Assembly (NCBI GenBank): GCA_945903705.1 | Contig: CAMDOZ010000003.1 | Span: forward strand, 642-64,641 | Source of the DNA: Fidelibacterota bacterium | GTDB lineage: Bacteria > Pseudomonadota > Alphaproteobacteria > Rhodospirillales > Rhodospirillaceae | Reading direction: 5' to 3' | Length of the DNA: 64,000 nucleotides | Shown here: in pieces, positions 46,619 to 55,270 of the stretch | Layout of the letters: each line of letters begins with the position of its first letter | Position numbering within the stretch: position 1 is the stretch's first letter | Position numbers and translations under genes: made by a program | Notes under the pieces: model-generated | Databases searched by the model: none | Seen by the model: only the letters and a program-made list of their open reading frames with translations | Told to the model about the DNA's origin: nothing

Positions 46619-47882
46619 GGCTCACCTCGCCGCCGGCCGCGACCTGGAAGGTCGTGATGCCGTTGAAGTGGTACTGCGCCTTCGCGCCGCGCGCGAGCAG
46701 CAGCGCATCACGCGTCGGCTGCACGTAGCCGGTATCGTCGGTGACGCGGCTTTGCAGAACGGCGGGCCCGCCATCCCACTTCCACGGCGCCCGGAAGCGC
46801 GTGAGCATTTTTGGCAGCACCGGCCCGGAGAGTGCTGCGAGCGCCCAACTCTTGCCGCCATCGGCGGAGACCTCCACCTGCTTCACCGTTCCATTGCCTG
46901 ACCAGGCGAGGCCGGAGATCTCGTAGAGACCGGCGCCTTGCATCTGATAGCCGGGCGACGGGCGAGTGATGAATGACTTGGCGTCGAGCTGCAGTTTGTA
47001 CTGCGCGGCCTTTCCATCGGCGAGCAGCAACGAATACCGCGAGGTTTCGTAGCGCGTCTGCATCGGCCCTTCCGTGAGACGAATGCGGCGCAGCCACTTG
47101 ATGTTCATGTTGCCCTGGAAACCCGGAACGAGCAGGCGCATCGGATAGCCGTTGTTCGGACGGATGCGCTCGCCGTTCTGGTAGAGCGCGATCATCACGT
47201 CATCCATTGCTTTTGCGAGCGGAATGGACCGGGTGAGGCCGGTGGCGTCGCCGCCTTCGGCGAGGAGCCACTGTGCCTTGGGATCGATGCCGGCTTCGTC
47301 AAGCAGCGTCGAGAGCATCACGCCGGTCCACTCGGCGCCGGAGAGAAGTCCGTGCAGCTGCTGAACGGTGCCTTTCACCGGGTTAGCGCCGTAGAGCGCG
47401 CCGCTGTTTCCCGCACACTCGACGAAGTGAAATCGCGACGTCAGTGGATAGCGCAGGAGCGAATTGACGGTGAACTTGAGCGGACGCTTTACAAGACCAT
47501 GAATGACAAGCAGGTGCTTGTCGGGATCGATGTCCGGCACGCCGTTGTGCGTGACTTCGAAGTGAAGACCGTTCGGTGTCACCATACCTTCGAGGAACTG
47601 GTGCGGCGTACGGCCCGCAGCGGAGCCCGGTTCATAAAGCGGATTCTGATCGGGGATGGTGCGCTGAACCTTGCCCTCGAACGGCGACGGTTGCGTATAG
47701 GGGAGCGGGCGCTTGCCCGGTTTGGTCACCCATTCGGGAACGGTGAGCGGTTCGGCGTGCGCCATGCCGGCAGCGCCGAGCACCCCGGCCATCGCTCCGG
47801 CGCCAAGGAAGACGCGCCGGTGGAGAAGACCGTTTCCGGCCGCGGGCTCCAGATCGGTTCCTGGTTCCTTACGATTTGCCAT
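46605..47882 (-). CDS. Sulfite-oxidase-family molybdopterin oxidoreductase (SoxC/SorA-like sulfite or sulfane dehydrogenase)
   Basis: Tat signal HRRVFLGAGAMAGVLGAAGMAHA. FHFVECAGNS (Mo-ligand Cys context). Dimerisation domain in the C-terminal third. Confidence 0.88.
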   Translation of the reverse strand: MANRKEPGTDLEPAAGNGLLHRRVFLGAGAMAGVLGAAGMAHAEPLTVPEWVTKPGKRPLPYTQPSPFEGKVQRTIPDQNPLYEPGSAAGRTPHQFLEGMVTPNGLHFEVTHNGVPDIDPDKHLLVIHGLVKRPLKFTVNSLLRYPLTSRFHFVECAGNSGALYGANPVKGTVQQLHGLLSGAEWTGVMLSTLLDEAGIDPKAQWLLAEGGDATGLTRSIPLAKAMDDVMIALYQNGERIRPNNGYPMRLLVPGFQGNMNIKWLRRIRLTEGPMQTRYETSRYSLLLADGKAAQYKLQLDAKSFITRPSPGYQMQGAGLYEISGLAWSGNGTVKQVEVSADGGKSWALAALSGPVLPKMLTRFRAPWKWDGGPAVLQSRVTDDTGYVQPTRDALLLARGAKAQYHFNGITTFQVAAGGEVSHVYA

Positions 47883-48017
47883 CGAAGCCCTCCCCGGCTG
47901 TGACGCTACGACTCGAGCTTAGCACTCTAAATCAATGACTTATAGGATACCCCGAAAGAATCGTGTGGGCCTCCTGCGCGTTGCTAATTAAAATTCAAGC
48001 ACCTACGTGTATTGGGC

Positions 48018-50303
48018 ATGCCCGTGACCGCACCTTCTTCCATCGCCCAGCAGATCTGGGACATGAAATACCGCTTCAAGTCGGCCGATGGCTCCGCCAT
48101 CGACCGGACGGTGGTGGACACGTGGGCGCGCGTCGCCAAGGCCCTGGCCGCGCAAGAGAAGGATCCGGCGGTCTGGGCGCCCCGCTTCGCACGCGCCATG
48201 ACCGATTTCGCCTTCCTGCCCGCCGGCCGCATCCTCGCGGGTGCCGGCACCGGCCGCAAAGTGACGCTGCACAACTGCTTCGTCATGGGAACGATCGAAG
48301 ACGACATGACGTCGATCTTCACCCACCTGAAGGAAGCGGCCCTGACCATGCAGCAGGGCGGGGGCATCGGTTACGACTTCTCGACCCTGCGCCCCAAAGG
48401 CGCACCGGTGAAGGGCGTCGGGGCCGACGCGTCCGGTCCGCTCTCCTTCATGGACGTCTGGGATTCGATGTGCCGGACGATCATGAGCGCGGGCTCGCGG
48501 CGCGGGGCGATGATGGCGACCTTGCGATGCGACCATCCGGACATCGAAGAGTTCATCACGGCGAAACAAACGCCGGGGCGCCTGACCATGTTCAATCTTT
48601 CGGTGCTGGTCACCGACGCCTTCATGAACGCGGTGAAGGAAGACAAAGAGTGGCAGCTTGCGTTCGGCGGCGAGGTTACGCGCACGCTGAAAGCCAGGGC
48701 TCTCTGGGACAAGATCATTCGCGCGACCTATGACTTCGCCGAGCCCGGCGTGATTTTCATCGACCGCATCAATGCGCGGAACAACCTCGCCTACTGCGAG
48801 ACCATCTCGGCGACCAACCCCTGCGGTGAGCAACCGCTGCCGCCCTACGGCACGTGCCTCCTCGGCTCGATCAATCTCGCATGGTTCGTCGAGAGCCCCT
48901 TTGCGGCCGAGGCGCGCCTTGACGAAGCACGCCTCGCCGACACCATCGCGGTCGCCGTGCGCATGATGGACAATGTGGTCGAGGCTTCGAACTATCCCAT
49001 CGCGGCCCAGCGCGGCGAAGCGGAACAGAAGCGCCGTATCGGCCTTGGCGTCACGGGCCTTGCCGACGCGCTGATCATGTGCGGCCTGCGCTACGGCAAC
49101 GCACAAGGCGTCGCGACGACACGCCGTTGGATGGAGCTTTTCCGCGACACCGCTTATGGCGCCTCAATCGACCTAGCGGCCGAGAAAGGCCCCTTCCCGC
49201 TGTTCGATGCCGAAGCCTATCTGGCCGGCGAGACCATCCGGAGTTTGCCGGCTGGCTTACGTGACCGGATCGGCAGGCACGGGATCCGCAATGCGCTGGT
49301 TACGTCGATCGCGCCGACGGGCACCATCTCGCTCTTCGCCGACAATGTGTCCTCGGGTATCGAACCCGTATTCAGTTTTGTTCATAAACGCCATGTGCTG
49401 ATGCCTGACGGCACGCGCAAGGAAGAAGAGGTTAGCGACTACGCCTATCGCCTCTTCCGTGAGCGTCACGGCGCAGCCGCAGCGCTGCCCGAATATTTCG
49501 TCGACGCGCAAGTCCTGGCGCCGGAAGACCACCTGGCGATGCAGGCCGCGGTGCAGGATTACATCGACAGCTCGATCTCCAAGACCATCAATGTACCCGA
49601 GGACTTTCCGTTCGAGCGCTTCGCCGACGTGTACATGCGCGCCTACGATATGGGGTGCAAAGGCTGCACCACCTATCGCCCGAGCGCCGTGCGCGGGGCG
49701 GTGCTCGAGGTGAAGCGCGAGGAAAAACCGGTGACGGCGTTTGCCGTCACCGAAGAGCCGGAAGCGCGGCCGGAGACACTGCCCGGACGCACATACAAGC
49801 TACGTTGGCCCGAGAGCGACCACGCCATCTACATCACCGTGAACGATATTCTTTCGTCTGACAGCCGCGGCCGAAACGTCAGGCGCCCGTTCGAAGTGTT
49901 CATCAATTCGAAGAACATGGAGCACTACGCCTGGACGGTTGCCCTCACCCGCATGATCTCGGCGGTGTTCCGGCGCGGCGGCGACGTCGGCTTCGTGGTC
50001 GAGGAATTGAAGGCCGTGTTCGATCCGCGCGGCGGCCAGTGGATGAACGGACGCTATGTGCCCTCGCTGCTCGCCGCCATCGGCGACGTCATCGAGAAGC
50101 ATATGATCGACACCGGCTTCCTCGCGCAGGAGCGCTTAGCGCGGCAGAAAAGCGAGACTCCGAAAGTCGTGAACCTGAAAAACGCGGCGGCTGCTGGCCG
50201 GGACCGGCGCTTCAGGGCTTGCCCGAAGTGCGGCAACAACGCCCTTCTTCGGCAAGAAGATTGCGATACCTGCACGAGTTGCGGGTATTCAAAGTGCAGC
50301 TAG
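48018..50303 (+). CDS. nrdJ: Adenosylcobalamin-dependent (class II) ribonucleotide reductase
   Basis: LPAGRILAGAGT, LHNCFV, QQGGGIGYDFSTLRPKGA, NPCGEQPLPPYGTC, C-terminal Cys-rich tail CPKCGN..CDTCTSCGYSKC. TTG 48012 is an alternative start. Confidence 0.92.
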   Translation: MPVTAPSSIAQQIWDMKYRFKSADGSAIDRTVVDTWARVAKALAAQEKDPAVWAPRFARAMTDFAFLPAGRILAGAGTGRKVTLHNCFVMGTIEDDMTSIFTHLKEAALTMQQGGGIGYDFSTLRPKGAPVKGVGADASGPLSFMDVWDSMCRTIMSAGSRRGAMMATLRCDHPDIEEFITAKQTPGRLTMFNLSVLVTDAFMNAVKEDKEWQLAFGGEVTRTLKARALWDKIIRATYDFAEPGVIFIDRINARNNLAYCETISATNPCGEQPLPPYGTCLLGSINLAWFVESPFAAEARLDEARLADTIAVAVRMMDNVVEASNYPIAAQRGEAEQKRRIGLGVTGLADALIMCGLRYGNAQGVATTRRWMELFRDTAYGASIDLAAEKGPFPLFDAEAYLAGETIRSLPAGLRDRIGRHGIRNALVTSIAPTGTISLFADNVSSGIEPVFSFVHKRHVLMPDGTRKEEEVSDYAYRLFRERHGAAAALPEYFVDAQVLAPEDHLAMQAAVQDYIDSSISKTINVPEDFPFERFADVYMRAYDMGCKGCTTYRPSAVRGAVLEVKREEKPVTAFAVTEEPEARPETLPGRTYKLRWPESDHAIYITVNDILSSDSRGRNVRRPFEVFINSKNMEHYAWTVALTRMISAVFRRGGDVGFVVEELKAVFDPRGGQWMNGRYVPSLLAAIGDVIEKHMIDTGFLAQERLARQKSETPKVVNLKNAAAAGRDRRFRACPKCGNNALLRQEDCDTCTSCGYSKCS

Positions 50304-50319
50304 ACAGCTCTCTTTAGGG

Positions 50320-50351
50320 TTATCCACAGGTTCCCCCCGGATTTATCCACA
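50320..50351 (+). promoter_or_regulatory. Two direct consensus DnaA boxes (TTATCCACA)
   Basis: Exact 9-mers at 50320-50328 and 50343-50351, same orientation, 23 bp start to start. They lie 17 nt after the nrdJ stop and about 155 nt upstream of the CHAD gene. Confidence 0.6.
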
Positions 50352-50504
50352 GACTGCCTTGCAAGCCATTAAGAAGGTGCAACATTACCGTTCTATGACA
50401 CTGTCATAAAACTGCTGCGTTACGCTGCGGACTTTGCAAGAGTACCCCGGGACGAAAATCAAAAACCGGGGATTCCGATTAGCACGCAGACGCATATCGG
50501 TGAT

Positions 50505-51479
50505 GTGCAAGCGCCGCGTCAGGCGCGTACGTCGCGTGCTGCGCCGAGAAAGCGCCGGTTCGCCCGCCCGGGACGTGCGCCGCGGTGGAGCAAAGCCGCT
50601 CCAGTCACGTTCAAAGCCAAGTCGAGCCTCGACGATGCCATCGCTGCAGTGGTGAAGAGCTGCCGCGACCACTGGCAAGCCAACCTGCCGGCGGCGTTGG
50701 ACGGACGCAATCCCGAAGGCGTGCATCAGGTGCGCGTGGGCTTGCGCCGCTTCCGCTCGGCGCTCTCGCTGTTTCGAAAGTTCGTGCCCGAGAATCAGCG
50801 CGACTGGCTAAATCAAGAAGCCAAGTGGCTCGCGAGCCAGCTTGGCCCCGTGCGCGACCTTGATGTCTTTCTCGCCGATCTCGACGACCGTGCAGAAAAA
50901 GGCGTAGACGAAAGCGTCACCGCTCTCGCTGCTGCCGTACGCAAAGCGCATGCCAAAGCGAAGACAGCGGCGGTGAGCGCCCTGCGCGGAGCGCGCCTGC
51001 GGCGCTTCACGGCCCGCCTCGAAACGTGGCTCGACGGCCGCGGCTGGTACGCCGACGACGCCGAGATTCCCGATGTGAGCACTTTCGCGCGCGAAGTCCT
51101 GAACAAGCGCATGCGCAAAATCCGCGAGGTGGCCGCACGGGCCGACGAACTGACCGTTCCCGAGCGCCATGAACTCCGCATCGCCGTGAAAAAGTTACGC
51201 TATGGCCTGGAGTTCCTGTTCGGCGTACTGCCGCAAAAACGTGCGCAACGCACAAGCGGTATCCTCAAGCGCTTGCAGGACAGTCTTGGCCACCTCAACG
51301 ACCTGGACGTGGCTGAACGCACGATTGCGATCGCGTCGGCGGGCGCTACGACCGCGGAACGCCGTCTGATCAAGAAGGCGGGCGATGCCCTGAAAGCCGC
51401 CCATAGAAAAGCGGCGGCCAAGGCCGAACCGGAAACCGAGCGGCTCTGCTCCAAACTCGTGAAACTTCCGGCGTTTTAA
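50505..51479 (+). CDS. CHAD domain-containing protein
   Basis: CHAD helical repeats: GVHQVRVGLRRFRSALSLF, HELRIAVKKLRYGLEFL, LQDSLGHLNDLDV. No CYTH domain. Start (GTG 50505) uncertain. Confidence 0.82.
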   Translation: MQAPRQARTSRAAPRKRRFARPGRAPRWSKAAPVTFKAKSSLDDAIAAVVKSCRDHWQANLPAALDGRNPEGVHQVRVGLRRFRSALSLFRKFVPENQRDWLNQEAKWLASQLGPVRDLDVFLADLDDRAEKGVDESVTALAAAVRKAHAKAKTAAVSALRGARLRRFTARLETWLDGRGWYADDAEIPDVSTFAREVLNKRMRKIREVAARADELTVPERHELRIAVKKLRYGLEFLFGVLPQKRAQRTSGILKRLQDSLGHLNDLDVAERTIAIASAGATTAERRLIKKAGDALKAAHRKAAAKAEPETERLCSKLVKLPAF

Positions 51480-51486
51480 GCCCGCT

Positions 51487-51588
51487 TAATCCGCATCGAT
51501 CCGCATTGAGCTGCGCATGAGGAATCGCGCGCAGGGCCTTAACGCTATTCGCTTTTCCGTACGTCCGCATAATCCGCATGATCCGCAC
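51487..51588. repeat. Array of direct (A/G)ATCCGCAT repeats in two phased triplets
   Basis: TCCGCAT at 51490, 51500, 51564 and 51573. Variants TGCGCAT at 51512 and TCCGCAC at 51582. Spacing within the triplets is 10, 12, 9 and 9 bp. A degenerate extra copy GATCCGCG lies at 51723-51730. Confidence 0.75.
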
Positions 51589-51749
51589 GACGTTTTTTTG
51601 TGCGCGGCGCATTATGCAATAAAATCAACGCGCGCACCTTCGGCGGCGCAAGACAAGAGACGAGTGAGATTTCGGGAGGCACCCTGAGGTCAAGGTACAT
51701 TTAAGAGTGTGCACTAAAATGCGATCCGCGTCTGCAAAAATCGCCGGAA

Positions 51750-52610
51750 TCAACCCACCAGCTTCAACATCATCTGCTCGATGTCGGGCGCAACCTTGTA
51801 CATGTGCCGATACTGGAGCACCTGCTTGGCGATGAGCTTTAGGCGCTGGTCGAACGGCAAGAAAGTTGCCGCTTTGAGGAGCGGCGGATTCATCGGCGGG
51901 ACATCGCTGCGCTGAAACTCAACGGCCATGCTCACACGCGATTCCTTTCCCTGAGCGGCGCTCTTGCTGCCCCAATGGAGCACGGCCTGATTCCAGATGA
52001 GAACGTCGCCGGGCTTTGCCGGCAGCGCGCGGATGCTGGGGAGATCGAACCGCCACTCGCCCTCGCGGTTGGTTCCATACGTCGGATCGTGCCGCGCGGG
52101 CACGATGTACATGCAGCTATTGAGCGGCGTTGCGTCCGTCAGCGGTATCCATACGGTAATGGAGTTGGGCATGCCGTCGGGGCGCAGTGTGGCCGCACCT
52201 TTGTCGCGATGGGGCGCCCAGCCGGCGTCGCCCTTGTGAGGATCCACGTTCCAAACCCAGAAATCAGGCAGCATGGCGTAGGCGCCTAGGATTTCGCGGA
52301 GGAGGGCGTCGAGCTGGCAGAAGGGCAGCCAGAACTCGTCAAAGAGAAATGCGAAGACCGGTGAGAGCCCTTCACGCGACAGCGCGCGCACCGTTTTCGC
52401 CAGTAGTGCGAGATCGACGCTGAAGGAGAGCCCGGTTTCCTGGAGGTATCCGTCGAGCAGCAACTGTTCGCGCGCGGCGATGGCGCGCGCTACCTCGACA
52501 CCAAGCGGCGCGGCCGCGCGCTGGAGTGCCTGATCCTCGATGTGCAAACCCGGCCCGAGAGAACGCCATGTCTCACGCGTCGTGATGTCTGCGAGGGAGA
52601 ATGTTGCCAT
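51750..52610 (-). CDS. Phytanoyl-CoA dioxygenase (PhyH) family Fe(II)/2-oxoglutarate oxygenase
   Basis: HxD in WAPHRDKG, distal His in VLHWGS, WIPLTDATPLNSCMYIVP. Confidence 0.82.
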   Translation of the reverse strand: MATFSLADITTRETWRSLGPGLHIEDQALQRAAAPLGVEVARAIAAREQLLLDGYLQETGLSFSVDLALLAKTVRALSREGLSPVFAFLFDEFWLPFCQLDALLREILGAYAMLPDFWVWNVDPHKGDAGWAPHRDKGAATLRPDGMPNSITVWIPLTDATPLNSCMYIVPARHDPTYGTNREGEWRFDLPSIRALPAKPGDVLIWNQAVLHWGSKSAAQGKESRVSMAVEFQRSDVPPMNPPLLKAATFLPFDQRLKLIAKQVLQYRHMYKVAPDIEQMMLKLVG

Positions 52611-52705
52611 GGGAATGATCGGACGTGATGATGGGTCTCGTGTTTCAGCTTCTCATGGCCCCGCAAAAATGCAATGCAGTTGGTGAGAGCGGGGACGACA
52701 TCGCG

Positions 52706-53596
52706 ATGCCCAACGATAACGATCAAGTGCTGCGCAGCCTCAATTCATTGATCGCGGACGGCTATGACCGCGTGCCGTACGATCCGCCGGCGAGCCCGGG
52801 GCTGGATCCCGAACAGGTGTTCGCCCTCGCCGCGACCTACGGTCACGGGCGGGATCACCGGGGCATCGACGTTTTGGATCTCGGCTGTGGAACCGGAGCG
52901 CAGCTTGAGCGCGCCGCGGGACTGACGACGGGAAAACTGGTCGGAACGGACCTTTCGCGGGCGGCCTATGCCAAGGCTGCGGCCCGAACGGCGCGTTTCG
53001 GTTCGCGGCTTCGCATGATGTGCGCTGATTTCATGGACCTGGACGCCGATCAGCTCGGCCGGTTCGACCTCATCTATCATATCGGCGTTCTCTATGTGAC
53101 GCCGCCCGCCGTCCAGCGCCGTCTTTTGGAGCTGATCGCGGACTGTCTCAAACCCGGCGGCGTTGCGGTCATCAGCTACTACGCGGGCACGGTCCCGCTG
53201 TTGATGGCCGGCCTGCACAAGGTGCTACGCGCGAGCGCCGACCCGAACGAAGGCGCTTCAGACCAGATCCGCGCCGCGAAGGCGCAAGTCCAGACCATGC
53301 TGGCAACCATCGCGAAGGTCGGCGGCGAACGCCTGATGAGCGCGGTGCTGCAGCAGGTCTACGCCACGGAAGACACTATTTTTTACCACGAGATGCTGAA
53401 CCAGAGCTTCGCAGCCCTGTCGACCTCGGCGCTTGAAACGGCGCTGGGCGCACGCGGCGTACACTTCCTCAATTGGATGCAGCCGGCGCCCTTTGAGAAA
53501 GACGCCCCGCCGCGCATGCGGGCCTTGATGGCCGACGCCTACACCTTCGCGGGCGGCGGCTACTTCTATGGCGTCTTTTGTAAGACCGGTCAGTGA
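52706..53596 (+). CDS. Class I SAM-dependent methyltransferase
   Basis: SAM motif I VLDLGCGTGAQL. Divergent from the PhyH gene. ATG 52706 is preferred over GTG 52625 because it leaves a 95-bp divergent promoter region. Confidence 0.78.
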   Translation: MPNDNDQVLRSLNSLIADGYDRVPYDPPASPGLDPEQVFALAATYGHGRDHRGIDVLDLGCGTGAQLERAAGLTTGKLVGTDLSRAAYAKAAARTARFGSRLRMMCADFMDLDADQLGRFDLIYHIGVLYVTPPAVQRRLLELIADCLKPGGVAVISYYAGTVPLLMAGLHKVLRASADPNEGASDQIRAAKAQVQTMLATIAKVGGERLMSAVLQQVYATEDTIFYHEMLNQSFAALSTSALETALGARGVHFLNWMQPAPFEKDAPPRMRALMADAYTFAGGGYFYGVFCKTGQ

Positions 53597-53655
53597 TTAG
53601 CCGCCGCCCCTTTATTTAGGTGTGGCTACTTCTACGGTGTTTTTTGTAAGACGGG

Positions 53656-54147
53656 TTAAATTCCTGCGGCAGCCGGCACGACCGGCGTCGAAAGCTCGAG
53701 CGGCAACGCCGTCGTATATTTGATCTCTTCCATCACGAATGTGGAGCTGACGTCGCTCAATGCAACGCGCTTGATGAGACGCTTATAGAACGAGTCATAG
53801 GCGTCCATGTCCTTCACCACGACGCGCAGGAGGTAGTCGATGTCGCCGGCCATGCGCCAGATGGCGGTGATCTCCGGCATTTCCTTCACAGCGCGCGCAA
53901 ACTTCTGCAGCCAGACGTCGTCATGCTGATTGGTGCGGATGATGACGAAGACCGTAAGGCCCAGATTGAGGCGCTTGGCGTCGAGCAATGCGACGCGCGC
54001 CTTGATAATGCCGGCCTGCTCCATCTTCTGAATGCGCTTCCAGCAGGGCGTCTGCGATAGACCCACCTTCTGCGCGATCTCGGCGATCGAGAGGCCGGCG
54101 TTGTTCTGCAGAAGGGCAAGAATCTTGCGGTCGATGGGATCCAGCAT
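53656..54147 (-). CDS. Lrp/AsnC family transcriptional regulator
   Basis: MLDPIDRKILALLQNNAGLSIAEIAQKVGLSQTPCWKRIQKMEQAGII (HTH) plus a C-terminal RAM-type domain. Confidence 0.9.
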   Translation of the reverse strand: MLDPIDRKILALLQNNAGLSIAEIAQKVGLSQTPCWKRIQKMEQAGIIKARVALLDAKRLNLGLTVFVIIRTNQHDDVWLQKFARAVKEMPEITAIWRMAGDIDYLLRVVVKDMDAYDSFYKRLIKRVALSDVSSTFVMEEIKYTTALPLELSTPVVPAAAGI

Positions 54148-54392
54148 AGGGGGACTCCAGGAAGGTTTGGGGGCGCTGTTCGCCCGCAACATCTGCGCGC
54201 CGGGTAGCCGAGGGGAACAGACCATGGTTGGCGCGCAGGGGAATATTCATCTCTTTTTGAGAGGATTGTCCAGGCTAGGAAGATATTTCTTTCCCTCTTT
54301 TCGGGAATTCTGCTATCCGGCAGGGGACTCGCAATACGCCCGGCTGCGCCCTATGTGGAGCGCCTGGGCTTGGGATGAGGTGGAGTTAGGTT

Positions 54393-55133
54393 ATGGCCGG
54401 TGGCCTTCGTTCGATGTTGCAATCCATAAAGGAGCGCGACCCCGCGGCGCGTTCGCTGCTCGAGATCGCCCTTCTGTACCCGGGCGTTCGCGTGCTCGCG
54501 TTCCATCGCCTGGCCCATGCCTTTTGGCAGATCCGCCTGACCTTTCTGGCGCGCCTCATCTCCGAGGTCGGACGCTGGCTGTCGGGCATCGAGATTCACC
54601 CCGGCGCGGTCATCGGCAAGCGCTTGTTCATCGACCACGGCACCGGCGTTGTGATCGGTGAAACCGCGATCATCGGCGACGATGTGACCATGTATCACGG
54701 CGTGACCTTGGGCGGTGTTTCCACGGCCCAAACCGGAGAGCGCCGGCATCCCATCGTCGAGGACAAAGTGATCATCGGCGCAGGCGCGCAAGTGCTTGGC
54801 CCAATCACCGTCGGCTACGGCGCGCGCGTCGGCGCCAATGCCGTCGCCGTACGCGATGTCCCGCCCGGTGTGACGGTCGTCGGCATTCCGGCACAGGAAG
54901 CTTTGCCCCGCGGCGCGGTAAAATCCGAAGCTTTCGTTCCCTACGGATCGCCCTGCGACGATCTGCCGGACCCTACGTCCCGCGCCATCTGCGGCCTCTT
55001 AAACGAAGTAGAGGCGCTGCGCCGCCGGATCACTCAGGTAGAGGGCGAGTTCCGCGAACCGTCCACGGCGTCCTCGTGGCAATCGGGCGAACCGCGCCTC
55101 AAGAAGGTTCACGACTCCGACGCGAGCGGCTGA
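54393..55133 (+). CDS. cysE: Serine O-acetyltransferase
   Basis: [44 protein letters not shown] hexapeptide repeats. Confidence 0.92.
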   Translation: MAGGLRSMLQSIKERDPAARSLLEIALLYPGVRVLAFHRLAHAFWQIRLTFLARLISEVGRWLSGIEIHPGAVIGKRLFIDHGTGVVIGETAIIGDDVTMYHGVTLGGVSTAQTGERRHPIVEDKVIIGAGAQVLGPITVGYGARVGANAVAVRDVPPGVTVVGIPAQEALPRGAVKSEAFVPYGSPCDDLPDPTSRAICGLLNEVEALRRRITQVEGEFREPSTASSWQSGEPRLKKVHDSDASG

Positions 55134-55270
55134 TCCGTCTGCGCCCTGCGGGCTTCGGCGCGCCGGGCCCCACCCCGCCTACATTGAAACCCCGCTGCTT
55201 GCGGATTGCGGAGCGCCTCGGGATATACTGCTGCTCATCTCTTCGGCGGCGTGGCAAATAGGACTCTTCC

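Noticed and set aside
47883-48017. Cobalamin riboswitch or NrdR box upstream of nrdJ.
   Set aside because: The leader is only about 130 nt and lacks the conserved B12-box. B12 riboswitches normally repress B12-independent enzymes, not class II RNR. I could not find a convincing NrdR-box palindrome pair.
50304-50504. Possibility that the DnaA-box region is the chromosomal origin (oriC).
   Set aside because: There are only two boxes, with no AT-rich unwinding element and no further box cluster. No typical alphaproteobacterial origin neighbours (hemE, parAB, dnaA, maf) are in the window.
50385-50726. 113-aa minus-strand ORF overlapping the CHAD gene start.
   Set aside because: No motifs and Arg-rich composition. 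It overlaps a gene with clear CHAD repeats, so it is probably spurious.
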